Below, in pieces: positions 1 through 11,900 of a stretch of DNA of 64,000 bases. The position numbers were made by a program, and so were the translations under genes. The DNA comes from Perna viridis. Lineage: Eukaryota. A model generated the notes under the pieces. That model made no database searches. It was not told the DNA's origin and saw nothing but the letters and a program-made list of their open reading frames with translations. The first letter of the stretch is position 1, and the number at the start of each line of letters is the position of its first letter. The DNA is taken from NCBI GenBank assembly GCA_037379345.1, contig CM074517.1, positions 14,942,001 to 15,006,000 of the forward strand, read 5' to 3'.

Positions 1-3000
1 CCACAGGTATATAGAGAAGAAAACTCAGGATTATGACAGATTGTCACTAGTTGATTGATGACACCATCATTGATGTTCCATTTTGTACCGTTTTGTCATT
101 ACCTGTTTGTTTTTACATGTAGGTAAAGGAGTTTTTTTTTTTTGCTTGCTTTGTGCATGTTCCTTGTCGCCATTTTACTAGGAGTTGTTTGAAATATTAG
201 CCAATTGTACAAGATCTAGAATGTTCAGCTCTTTGGCTCTTCACTCTACTTCGTGTAAATTCTTTTTTATTAGCCTAAACTCCAAATCCTTCTTATTTTT
301 CTATTTTTTAAAACATTGGTTTGAAGTCAAAACTATAGTAATGAAAACTCTTCTACAAATCGCGGTAAAAAAAACCGCCTTACTCATTCCCTCATAATTT
401 GAAAACAGTTACATTTTGTGTGCTTCACGTATGATGATTATATTTTGAGATCCTCTCATATGTTCGCTAAATTCTTCTGTTGTATGATGCTGTTATCTTA
501 AACGTTCACTTCCAGCATGGGCCGGTTGGAAAAAGGGGATGCGGGCCTCCTTTTGTTCGAAAGGTTTGGTTAAATATATAAATAAAAACTGAAAATCACT
601 GGAGCGCCTCTTTTTCGGAATTTTTGGATTTACCACTGTCTTGTTTGGCGCTGCAAATTTTACATTTCACTTTCACTTCAAACTAAACATGAACATGCAT
701 ATGTATATATCATTCTGTACTGAAGAAAACTTCGTTCCAGTATTTACAAATGAAATAAATCGGTGAAGATATACCGAAGGATTAAATGAGAGCCAATTTA
801 GAAACCTTGATGTATACGACTTTACTGTCTTGTACATGCAACTCGACACATTTGTTTTCAATCTTCTATACCGACATCGCCTTGGAGTTATAGGCTTGCA
901 CGTCAATTTTCCATTCTGTTCGCAACACTCCTGTTTTTTTTATTTTTCCCTTGTACATTGAATGCTTATGCGTTAAGTTGAGATGGATGAGCATTTTTAG
1001 ATGCTCCCATAGCATCTAATTTCTAACCAATGCCCTTGTCCTGTAAAAAAAACTTCAGTAGATAGTATAAATTCGATCGATCACATTTACAATTTTCAAG
1101 GACGGGGCATCAGTCAACAGACATAGACATGTAATTTATGGAAATTAGACTGGAATCAATGGTGTAGCATGACATATGTGCAAACAATCTTTTTTCATTA
1201 ATTAAAAAGTATTATTTCTTTTTGCCTCTACTAAAGGTATATATTGTTTCATTTCTCTGATGTCTTTTGGTACAATGGGATGGCAACGGCAATAACACAC
1301 TAGTACTACATTAAATCATGGCGGACATAAATTAACCCTTCCCGTTGATATGAAATGCAACCAACATAATAATTTCTATATTCAGCTCGCAGTTATTACA
1401 TGTATTCGCCTATTGATCTACGACAGTATATAGATTGTCATATGAATTATGACTTCATTTGCCTGAACTCCAATAACACGATAGCAATTATCGAAATTTT
1501 GTCGAGTAATATGTTGGCCGTTTGGTTTTGTAACTGTAGATGCTACCTTATTTTTTCATATTGTGTGTAGCTGTACCATCGCGTGCAGAGTTAGCTTACT
1601 TGTTCTCGGACTATTATGCCATTATAAGAACAGACGCTACCAATAGTCCCACGAGGAGTAGAATCAGACAAGGAACGGTATTGTTCAGAAAACAAAAATC
1701 ATTGTTTTATGTTATTGCATTGGAGTCGTCTGAACAAAAGCAATTCCATTATTTTCATATTTCAACGATTTTATTTTATGTATTTGAAAAAGTGAAATGA
1801 TGAGAGAAAATAATTTTAGGTAAAGTATAAACAAATGTTTTCGAAAAAATGGTAAAAACCTTCCATGATTTATTTTAATCCCATAAATGGCGCTTACTTG
1901 TCCTTCAACAAAACATCCTTGAACAATAAAAACTCATCATCAACGGGCATGGAAATGTATTGAAACTCGGAAATACTTGTAGACAACTAGTGTGGTCTTT
2001 AAGCAAAATTTATAGGATGTCTTTTAGACGACCAAATATAAATTGCATGCCCAGGAGCAAACACCTGTTTCTGAGCGTATAACATGCAAATAACTTGTTC
2101 ATATGATAAATGTTATTGGTTATAATTGCCAAGGAATATTCTCCAGGAAATATTGAATTTTTTTGTTTCGCATAGTTATACACGTGTAGGTGGTCCATTC
2201 AACTAACATTATAACTATTCATTCCTTGCTCTGAATTTCCCTTGTCATACCTTTTCTAAATTTAAAATAATGTAAATTTGATATAAAACATGTCGAGGTA
2301 ATTCGACAAGGTTCATTGATATCCACGTGAATAAATGCCGTTATGCAACTCATTTGCAAAACAAATTTAGAATTATATATTCAAATATATTTACCTTTTT
2401 TCATGTTCGACTAAAATGAAATATTACGTGTAAATATACATGCGTTTTTGCGGGTTGAATGCAGGTATTGCCCTACTATGCACCCAAATCTGAGCTCAAA
2501 ATCAAATGACTTTCCAACTGTAAATTCTCAAACGTGACTGTCCAATTCTGTTGGCTGGAGATTGCATATTATTGTCGCCTGAATACTATGCATTGTAAAA
2601 AACATCAAGCGATAAGGGTTTTCAGTCTCTAGAGGTATTTCCCTAACAAGACTTTTCAATTATTCGCAACCTAACATACCAAATTCATTTGAAACACAAT
2701 CAGTTGCAATTCAATCATGATCAAAAAACCTTTAAGAAATTTTCAGACTTAGGATAACTGTTAACAAATAGTAGTCTTTGTTTACCAATAGCTCTAAATA
2801 AAACATGAAATAAACACGTGTCCGGGATGATATTGAAAGACTCACTAAAACAAACACATCTGATACTTCCAGTTGACAAAATATGAGTCAATAGTTTCAA
2901 TGTTGTAATCAAACGGACCGTTAAAAATCTTGAAAACAATACAAATTTAGAATGGACTGTCTTAAATATTGATGATGTTTAACGTAAAATTGATGATGTA

Positions 3001-3954
3001 CCCCATTCACCTGAGTTAGTTTTGTATCACTGTCGTAGATTTGATCAATACAATGTAGAGAGAACAATGGATGACAATGTGTCATCTTTGCAACCGATGT
3101 TGCATCGAAAATTTTTAATTACAGACCTAAACCTTGTTGATATTATCAATTACGTGAAACATAAAATATCAATAAGACCTACATTAATGATTAAAATCTG
3201 AAATTAGACTATAATGGAATGGTTTTCATTCGTATTTTTATTTTCCTGTTCGAGATCCAGGCTTTCTCGTTCATTAACCAGCATCTGTAGCATTGTTTAT
3301 TGCTTCATGTCGTTGACTCTATTTACCCATGACACAATTCCTTCTGAATCTAAGACGTTGTTACGAATTAACTTGGAAAGTAAGCAAAAGTGGACTGTTG
3401 ATTTAACAACTGCTGATGGTTAATAAAATACAACATCGTTCCCATGACTTTTTAAAAGTCAAATATTCAAGTCAAAATTATAATGTATACAGAAGTAAAA
3501 GAGTTCTGTTTTTTAAGTGTCAGTCTCTGTAAGAATCAGGCAGTGGGTGAAACATGGTATGAGAAAACCACACTATTTTGAAAGTTTTAATTTGACTGCT
3601 TGCACCATCAAAATCAAGGATTAAAGACCAGATTTTCCACATCATGTTGGAAAATTGAGTTATAATTTCATTGAAATGCACTGAAAGTGAATATTTCAAG
3701 GGCATATAATTCTGTCAAAAACATAATTTTCTAACATTCTATTGAAAAAATTCTGAGAATGTCCAGTGATGCAGAGATCAAATGATGGTCTTTGCAAATA
3801 GGGAAAGCAAAACATCCTTGAGTGAATTGGTGGGGTTTTGACTTGCATGTTTCTGATTTTCCCATTTTGTCTTATTCTTACAAAAACTGATACTTAAGCA
3901 TAAATGTGAGCTTTAAGCAACAAAGTAATACATGTTTTTTTCCCTTTTTTGTAG
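1..3954 (+). other. 3' portion of the intron preceding the Lox4 homeobox exon
   Basis: Polypyrimidine tract and acceptor (tgtttttttcccttttttgtag, AG at 3953-3954) sit directly before the conserved GPNS linker. No YPWM-type hexapeptide exon was seen upstream in the window. Confidence 0.8.
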
Positions 3955-4244
3955 GTCCTAATTCTGCACACAGACGACGAGGCAGACAGACATACAGTAG
4001 ATATCAAACACTAGAATTGGAGAAGGAATTTCAATTCAATCATTACCTCACACGTAAGCGCCGAATAGAAGTTGCCCATCATTTATGTTTAACTGAGAGA
4101 CAAATTAAGATATGGTTTCAAAATCGACGAATGAAACTAAAGAAAGAGAGACAAGTTATCAAGGATTTGAACGATGCAACGCTGAGCAAAATTGACGATA
4201 AAGACGATGAAAAAAGTGAAGCCGGAAGTGACGATTCGCCATGA
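3955..4244 (+). CDS. Lox4: Terminal (homeobox) exon of Hox gene Lox4 (Ubx/abd-A/Lox2/Lox4 group); 5'-partial, phase-1 intron
   Basis: Translates to (G)[72 protein letters not shown]...; homeodomain at 3972-4151. The GPNS linker and the Ubd-A-like peptide QVIKDLN place it in the Ubx/abd-A/Lox2/Lox4 group. S9, Q21, H24 and K29 match Lox4 rather than Lox2 or Antp. Stop TGA at 4242-4244. Confidence 0.93.
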
Positions 4245-5830
4245 TTTCGGAAGTGAAAATTTGTCATGATGGATGTTCATCGGAATGTATAACTGATTGA
4301 TTTTAACGAGAAAGCATTACACATGACAGGCGATCAGTTTTGAACAGTACTAAAACGGGTTCATTTTTATCTTGCCTACTTTCCAAACTGTGTAAATGAG
4401 AGCAAATAGTTCGTATTTTTGTTTTGCCAAGCTGCGCATCGTACTTATAATTTTATTCGTTTATGGTCTACCTAAGACTTCAAAGGAAGATACTTTCGGC
4501 CATAGAAACGAAGTCTTTACCAAAGCATATTTTGAGCGAGGAAGTGTGAGTTATGGTTCGGTAGATATGCAGGTCATGATGTGGATCATAAAAGTGTCAT
4601 CGCCAAGACTTTAGTTGCATCCTGCATTTTATGCTATCCTATTTTAAAGTCAGGAGTTAACGGTTTAGTGGGATGCAACGCCCCTTTGTATCACTTAAGC
4701 AGACACTATAACACGTTCCACCTGTCCGATGTATTGCGTTTTCCATTGAATTTCGGCACACAGCTATCTTTCTGACACATACAACTGTGCATTCAGTTAA
4801 TTACGTGCAATCTTGTAGACTTCAAAGACAGATACCTATAGGTGCAATGCATTGTTTATTTCGCTACAAACGGTGCCATGAGTTTAATGCCAAATAATGA
4901 CTCTTGAGATAAAATTAGTGCTTATCATTATTGTTAATATTTGTAAATGGTGCAATGTTTTCATCAGTGGCCATGTTGATTTTAGTTTGACAGTATCAAG
5001 AAGGTGAAAAAAAGTTCAGGGCAAACCAGTTAGTCTGTTGCCTTGTAGTATTGGTAAACAAATTTGTATCAATTATCTTTGTTTACAGACGCATACACAA
5101 TAGAGTTATAAAATTTAGTAAATAGAATAATGCTTCTGTATTTCATTTTTAACCATGAGGGAGAAAAGTCCTGGAAACCTTAAGTAGTGAATATTGAAGG
5201 GACAATGCCCCCTATTTCTTACTTAAAAATATGGTGCCCTGACATATCCCGACACCTCTCTCTGTTTTGAATATACCTCTGGTTACTATTTGTACCCCCT
5301 CAGGATAATCAGTTATGGTCCTGTGTGCGATTCTCAGGACAATCCTAAATTTACCTGACCAAGCAATCGTGGATGACTACTGATTTTTAAATGTACGAAT
5401 TCAAGTTCCCTTTTGAATTTGGCATTACAAATTTCAATAAACATATTAGATATTGGGCTTCATCGAAATAGTAACAATCGGCAGCTCAATCATCCTATAG
5501 TGTACAATGTTTATTTTAATCGTAAATACCCATTTTAATATTCTCAGAAAATCGATGCTGAAACTTGTTATCTAGCCAACTATGATGAATTCTGCTGTTA
5601 TTGAGTCATTAAATATTTAAAAATGGCTATAAATAATTTTCCAATTATCAAAGACTACGTGTTTGTAATGTATGTGTTGCTGTATGTCTGTGTCTTATAG
5701 AAGAACAACACGTCTTCTAAATTCTCCAAAAGGGTAAATGTATGAATATTTTTATTATTTTTGTTGATTGTTACATTAATTCAAGGGTAAATATTAGAAT
5801 AGAAATAAAATGATGAGAATTATATTGTAC
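4245..5830 (+). other. Putative Lox4 3' UTR (end uncertain)
   Basis: Follows the stop codon. AATAAA hexamers at 5436, 5804 and 5896. Contains several seed matches to conserved miRNA families. Confidence 0.5.
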
Positions 5831-7509
5831 TATGATTTTATGATGACGAATAATGACACGTTAAAACGACTGTAAATGGTTTACTCCTTTTTCAAAATAA
5901 ACAAAACAGTTTAAACTGAGGAAAAATGTGTTGAACATTTATATTTAAAGATAATAATACATGTGGTAGTAAAATTACTCTAATTCTTTCTTTAAATGGT
6001 TCATTTCCATGTACTGATCAACTTTAAAGGCTTGTGTCACCAATGTGTTATTCGAAATTAATCGAGCCTCTGGGGAGCTCGCGAGTTAAAATTAACATAA
6101 AGAGTACAACCTTCAATTGAGTTAAGTGTTGTGTTTTTACTGTTGTAAAATTTTCGGTAAAAATTTGTTATGTTTATCTGTAAACTTACGAACTGGAATA
6201 ACGAGATTGTTGAGTTCAAGTATGATAAATTTTATATCTACTTATTTTACATTATCAGAAATAAAACATACTAGCCAAAAGATTTTCTTTTCAAATGGTT
6301 ATTCATTTGAATATTGACTTTTGCATATTCTTTACAAAAATCTATGTCTGATCCTAAACATTTTTGAAGATAATTGCGTATTACATGTCTTGAAATTCAA
6401 ATTTCATAAAAAAAAACAGATTTTTGTAGGAAACGAAACATAAGTTCGATTTTCATATTTTCAATATTTACGGTAATTTGATTTATCAACAAGCAATTGA
6501 TACACATTTAAATGGTCCCATTATATTACCAAGCAATATTCATTAAGTATTAACATGTATTTTCCACATTCCCATGTCTTTAATTGAGCTAGTATGTTTT
6601 TATTTCTTTCCTGGTATTTACTGTTGAGGGTATTCGAGGACAGTGCTAGTGATCTGTCCATTGTGCATGGCTATATCAAGTGTAGTGGATATCTCTGTTC
6701 ATGTTAAAACTAGCTGACATAAAGAAGAAAATAAATACAACCTGAAGCTATCTGCCTATTATTATTGATATGCAAGCAAGACACAGGGTATTTTTCCTAC
6801 AACATTAGACTTATCAAAACAATTCATCATTGAACGGACGGCCAGCATTCAATGAAACAATTTTGCAATATTTCAGTAAAATAAAAAAAATCCTTTAATA
6901 TAAAGTCAAAAACTCATGAATGAACTTGATCATAGGACAGTCAACTATGGTCGACACACGAAATCATTAACCAAAAAAACACATTGATAAAATGTTTTAT
7001 TTGTGAGGTGATCAAGGAAAAGCATTAACGTTAAAATTTGTGGTAAAATATTGAATGTGGAGAAATAGATCATAAGACAAATTACCTAAAAATAAATATG
7101 AAAAAGCAAAGACTACATTGAGGAACAATTCAGTATTGAAAAGGGAGCATGGTGGACGTTATTGTGATTCACTTGGGTATCCGTTAATTTAAAAAGAAAT
7201 ATGAGTTCCTTAATTGAAAAAATGAATGAAATAAATAAAATCTTACATCTAGATGCTGTCAAAATAAAAATGAGTGAAATGTAGCATAACAGTGAGTAAA
7301 AGCCAAACAAGTACTAACTAGAAAGATAATACTTAACAAAACAGTAATAAGACCTGTAAGATAACAAACACAAATTTGTAAAATATCGTTCAAAAACCTA
7401 AAAAATGTAGAGTGGCAGTCACTATCAATGAGTAAAACTGTGCAGAATAAAATGTAGCAGAGACAATGACAAAAACTGTATCAATGATAAGTAATTTTGA
7501 GTATAGAGT

Positions 7510-7763
7510 GACAGAAAGTGTAAATAACATGTGGTCGCCAATCGATTAGTATGACAGAAAGAGTAAATAACAAGTGGTCGCCAGTCGATTAATATAACAG
7601 AAAGAGTAAATAACAAGTGGTCATCAGTCGATTAATATGACCGAAAAAATAAATAACAAGTGGACGCCAGTCGATTAGTATGACCGAAAAAGTAAATAAA
7701 GGATCGCCAGTCGATTAGTATGACCGAAAAAGTAAATAACAAGTGGTTATCAGTCGATTAATA
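7510..7763. repeat. 43-bp minisatellite, ~6 copies
   Basis: Unit gacagaaagagtaaataacaagtggtcgccagtcgattagtat starts at 7510, 7553, 7596, 7639, 7682 and 7722 (one unit is 3 bp short). Confidence 0.92.
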
Positions 7764-8744
7764 AACATATGCAAATAACAATTAGTACATAGATATTGTA
7801 TCAACAGAAGAGTTAAAATAAGGGAAACTTTAAGAGAGAGTAAAACAAAGGAAAAAAACGAAACCAAAAATTAGGAAAACGATCAGAAAACAATGAATGA
7901 AAACAGTTCAAAACCATTATTAATGGTAAGCCATGTTAAGAGCCATGACAAGACAAAAGAACCCATTCTGTAAGATACGAAATACAGTGAGATTGCTCAT
8001 TCAGAAAATGGTTTCTCACTCACAAGTCTTACATGTATTTAATGGCCTAAACCTATCAAATTATGTCGACAGATCACGCGTAAGAGACGAAGTTAAAGTG
8101 CGATAGCATCTCGTTTATACAGATTTTTGTGTCTTTTTACACGATTTTAAGTGTCGATATGTGATGATTTTCGTGTAAAGCTTTTTGAACCAGAACATAA
8201 ACTGAAATTTGAGAAAACGCTAATTTAGTATATAACAGGGGTTTTGATTCACATCTTCACAATAAACACGATTTCAGTGTTCAGAAACTTCAACAATATA
8301 ACCAATCACGAACAACATTACGAACTTCATATACATCCGGTAGGCAGAGAGAAACAGGATTTTTGGTACACATAAACACTGTTCAAGGGGTACTATTCTA
8401 TCCTCGACACAGTAAAAAAAGGACTATTAACATCTGATGCAAATATAGTATTGAACCGGTAGCATATTTAAAAAATCAACTGAAATTCATTTAAAAATTA
8501 AAAATTGACGCTTTGAGATAGGAAATTCCATTGTAATAAATATACTGCATAAACAGGGTAAATATCCAAATTTTCGAAGTTAGCAGGAATATCCAAAACC
8601 ATAAAACATTAAAAATTATGGAAAAGTTAAAATACGTGTAAGAAGATGTAGCAATCTCGAAAGTACAAATGAGGGGAAAATACTAAAAAAAAACATTTGA
8701 AGAATAAATCGTAAACACATAAGAGCTAAAAAGGTTCACACAGA

Positions 8745-8965
8745 AAAATGAACCACACGAACCCCAATTTAAAATGGGTGCTCCGGAAGGGTAAGCATGT
8801 CCTGATTTCTGCAAGATAACCAACGAGCTTCTCGTTGAAAATGAAGTCTGGTATAAGTAGAAGATCAATTATGACAAACTGAGGCCGTACAGTAGGTCAT
8901 ACTGGAAACGACGGACACTCCATATCGGTGAGTCAGGCTGTGATGGCGATTGTGGATCTTTTCAA
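8745..8965 (-). mobile_element. Decayed 3' end of a retroelement (probably Penelope-like), with a C-terminal ORF remnant
   Basis: Minus strand 8963-8895 reads EKIHNRHHSLTHRYGVSVVSSMT, resembling the RKFYGRHHDLVDRYGISVSQMT terminus I recall from bivalve RT elements. It is followed by GCTTACCCTTCCGGAGCACC...GGGGTTCGTG, a motif shared with other copies in this window. Confidence 0.55.
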
Positions 8966-11900
8966 ATGAATTTAATATACATGCGGCATATTCTTTGTTG
9001 AAGTTGCTGAGCCTTTTTTAGAATAGCAGTCTGGGATTGTCATATTTCAAGAGATTTTTGTTTTGTTTGGTCAAACGTACTTTACGAGTACGCTATGGCG
9101 GTGCAGCGTTGTTTAAAAGGACCGAAGTTGAATTTCTGAATTGGTCCATTGTCCGGCATACCTAGTTGAAATGTTGGGTTAATCCTGGTTTGATTAATAT
9201 AGGTTGAATATTGGGACCGAATTGAATCGGGAAGTAAACCATGCAATGCCTACATGATGTTATAAATGTTTGTCAAACCTTATGAACTTATTTCATTCTT
9301 TTAAAATTGGTATGGGAAAGGTTGTCAATTCTTTTTTTATTAATGGTGCTTTTGAAGATTTAATTTCGAGGAAAAGGATAATTAAATCGCTATACAAGTG
9401 CAATCATATGTAAATTGGTTTGGTTTTATTTCTGATTTTATTATCAGTTTTATACAAAGCAATCAGAAAGCCATCGCGCAGAAGTACTTTAAGAATGGTA
9501 TAAGTAAGTAAATGTTTGCCCACATAATCAGAATTTTATACATGATCTGACAGGTTGTCGAACCTCATCACATACCATCAGTACTTTTGTTACTTTGCCT
9601 GCCAAATATCATCTGTCTTGTCACTGCCAGGGGAAAACGGGCAAATAATATATGGGTCCGTTGTGTCCAATAGATTTCTGTCGGATACCAAAAAAAAGTT
9701 CATAGAACAGTCCAATTTTAATTCTATGAAAAAAATAAATAGCTAAAAAAGAACTTTACAAAAACTTTCTGCATCGGACTTATTTTTAAATTTCTGGAAT
9801 GTTTGTCAAGTGTTATCCAACAACCGGAGCAGAGATCATTTTGCATTCCAGTGCCTAGTCTATTTAAACGATTGTTTTTATCTAAATTTGAAGCTGCATT
9901 AACAACGGAAAACGAATGCTAGACGATACCCGAACGACCTTATGCGTCCCCTTGACTTACAAAATTGCAGTTCGTTCCCAATTCGTTGTCCAATTCGTCA
10001 TAGTGTAAGAGCCCCTTAACCCGGTAAGCTCAATGATTATAAGAAAAAAACGAATGACTTCGGGCAAACTAACATTCTGATGTATTGCAACTACACACAT
10101 CAATTAGACACGGATTTTTTTTTTACAATTTTTACAATTTTTTATATATATCAGGTGATCTCTCAACGGATTGCTCGTTGGTGGCAACTATGAGTTATAT
10201 GTCGAGACCACCTGAAGATCTCTGGTCAGAAATAAGAATATAAACAGTTCTTACTTGTAAGTGTCCCATTCTCTGAATAACATGTTTATAATCATTTATG
10301 GTATGAACTAAAATCGTTGCTTATACTCGTCATGGGAACGACTAACACTTTACTGTATTTCTTTCATTTGTTAAAACCCTTTACATAGTTGAGACTCTTG
10401 GTTTTTGGCTAGTATGTTTAAATAAAGAACAACAATCTGAGAATTACGTTGAATAAAAGTGAAGAACGCTTGTAGACAAGCCTTCTCGTCAATAGACATT
10501 TCAAAGAAACTGTTAGTACATTCAGAGTGTGTATTTTTTCTGATTATAAAAAAAATGTGTGGAACGTCATTTCTCGTGACATTTCAGTGAGTTAACAACT
10601 AAGCTTGATACACTTAATACCAGCAGTAAAGGTTAAATGATTTCGTGTTTTCCACGTGTGCTATGTGGGGGACTCTATTGAATCATGTTGTTTACCTTGT
10701 TTGAATAAAAAAAATAAATGCCCGGATATTTCTACAATATATTCTCTTTTACATTTTTAAAGTGAAACTGACATCTTTTAAGTAAGACAGAACACACTTT
10801 TTTATATTTTAAACATCAAAATTGAGTGGTAATTTTCGATAACTTTCCATTTGAAAATTGCAACAATAGGTATTGAACATAATAAGATTTTTCCCCATTC
10901 GGGGCCTATTACGAACAAGAAATCAGATGCAAATGATTAATATAAACCATAAGACTTGATTCAATATAAATATATAATCACATTGACCACACTACACACA
11001 AAATGTATCTATATGAACCACCCACAATTATATTTAATGTTCTTTTCACAATATCTAATTAATGACTGAAATGCTCAGCGATAATTTTTGTTACAACCGT
11101 TTTATGATTTAAAATTTCAATTTTACGAAAGAACATTCATACTCTCAATGGTCAATAACTGCATGGTACAGATGTCTAAAATTATATACAGAACAAAGTT
11201 ATAATTTCATACAATACTTTTCGTTCATCATTCTTAATCAGGACATGGAAATAAAAAGTGATTTTCGTCATCAACGTTTCAAGCATGCACGTGGTGTTTT
11301 CAATCTGTGTTTTGCATAAATGTGTCAGACATTTGCTTATCATAATTGCTTTAACAACAAGAATGTCAAAATTGAAGAACTAAGCTCACTACAAGGAACT
11401 ATTTTAGATACACATGCAGTACATGAAGGTGATTTTTTTATTTAAGTACCAGTCCATATAAAGTTCAGACACTGTTTTTTTATAGTAGAGGTGATACTGC
11501 ACATGATGTAGAACCCTACCAAACAAATAATGTCTTTTTTGTCTAAATTTGCTATATTTTTATACAACGATAGTTCTTTTCTGTATTTTGATTTGCACTT
11601 TTGAGAAAACCATACATTCATCTCTCTCTAAAATCAACCAAATCAAGAACGATAACTGTTGCATTGTGCCAATTTCATACACAATCTATAACATTTCTAT
11701 CTCAAAGACCAACACCCAAATGAAAAACTAAGACTGGTTATGTGGCCTATAGCTGTTTCTGAACAAGAAAAAAATGTGTTTGGCATGCATGAACCACCCC
11801 TATGAAGACTACTACTTTTAAAGGTATTCAGTTTATCAATAGTATACAATTTTCTTATTTGTATCCGTGATGAATTTGTTCCATCTAAAGAAAATGACTG

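Noticed and set aside
3906-3954. ORF-track N-terminus [16 protein letters not shown] as the start of the Hox protein
   Set aside because: It is the read-through of the intron's polypyrimidine tract; the exon starts at 3955 after the AG acceptor.
10211-10256. Hammerhead-like CTGAAGA...GAAA followed by a stem
   Set aside because: Stem II does not pair, the required U at 16.1 is a C, and no stem I partner is evident.
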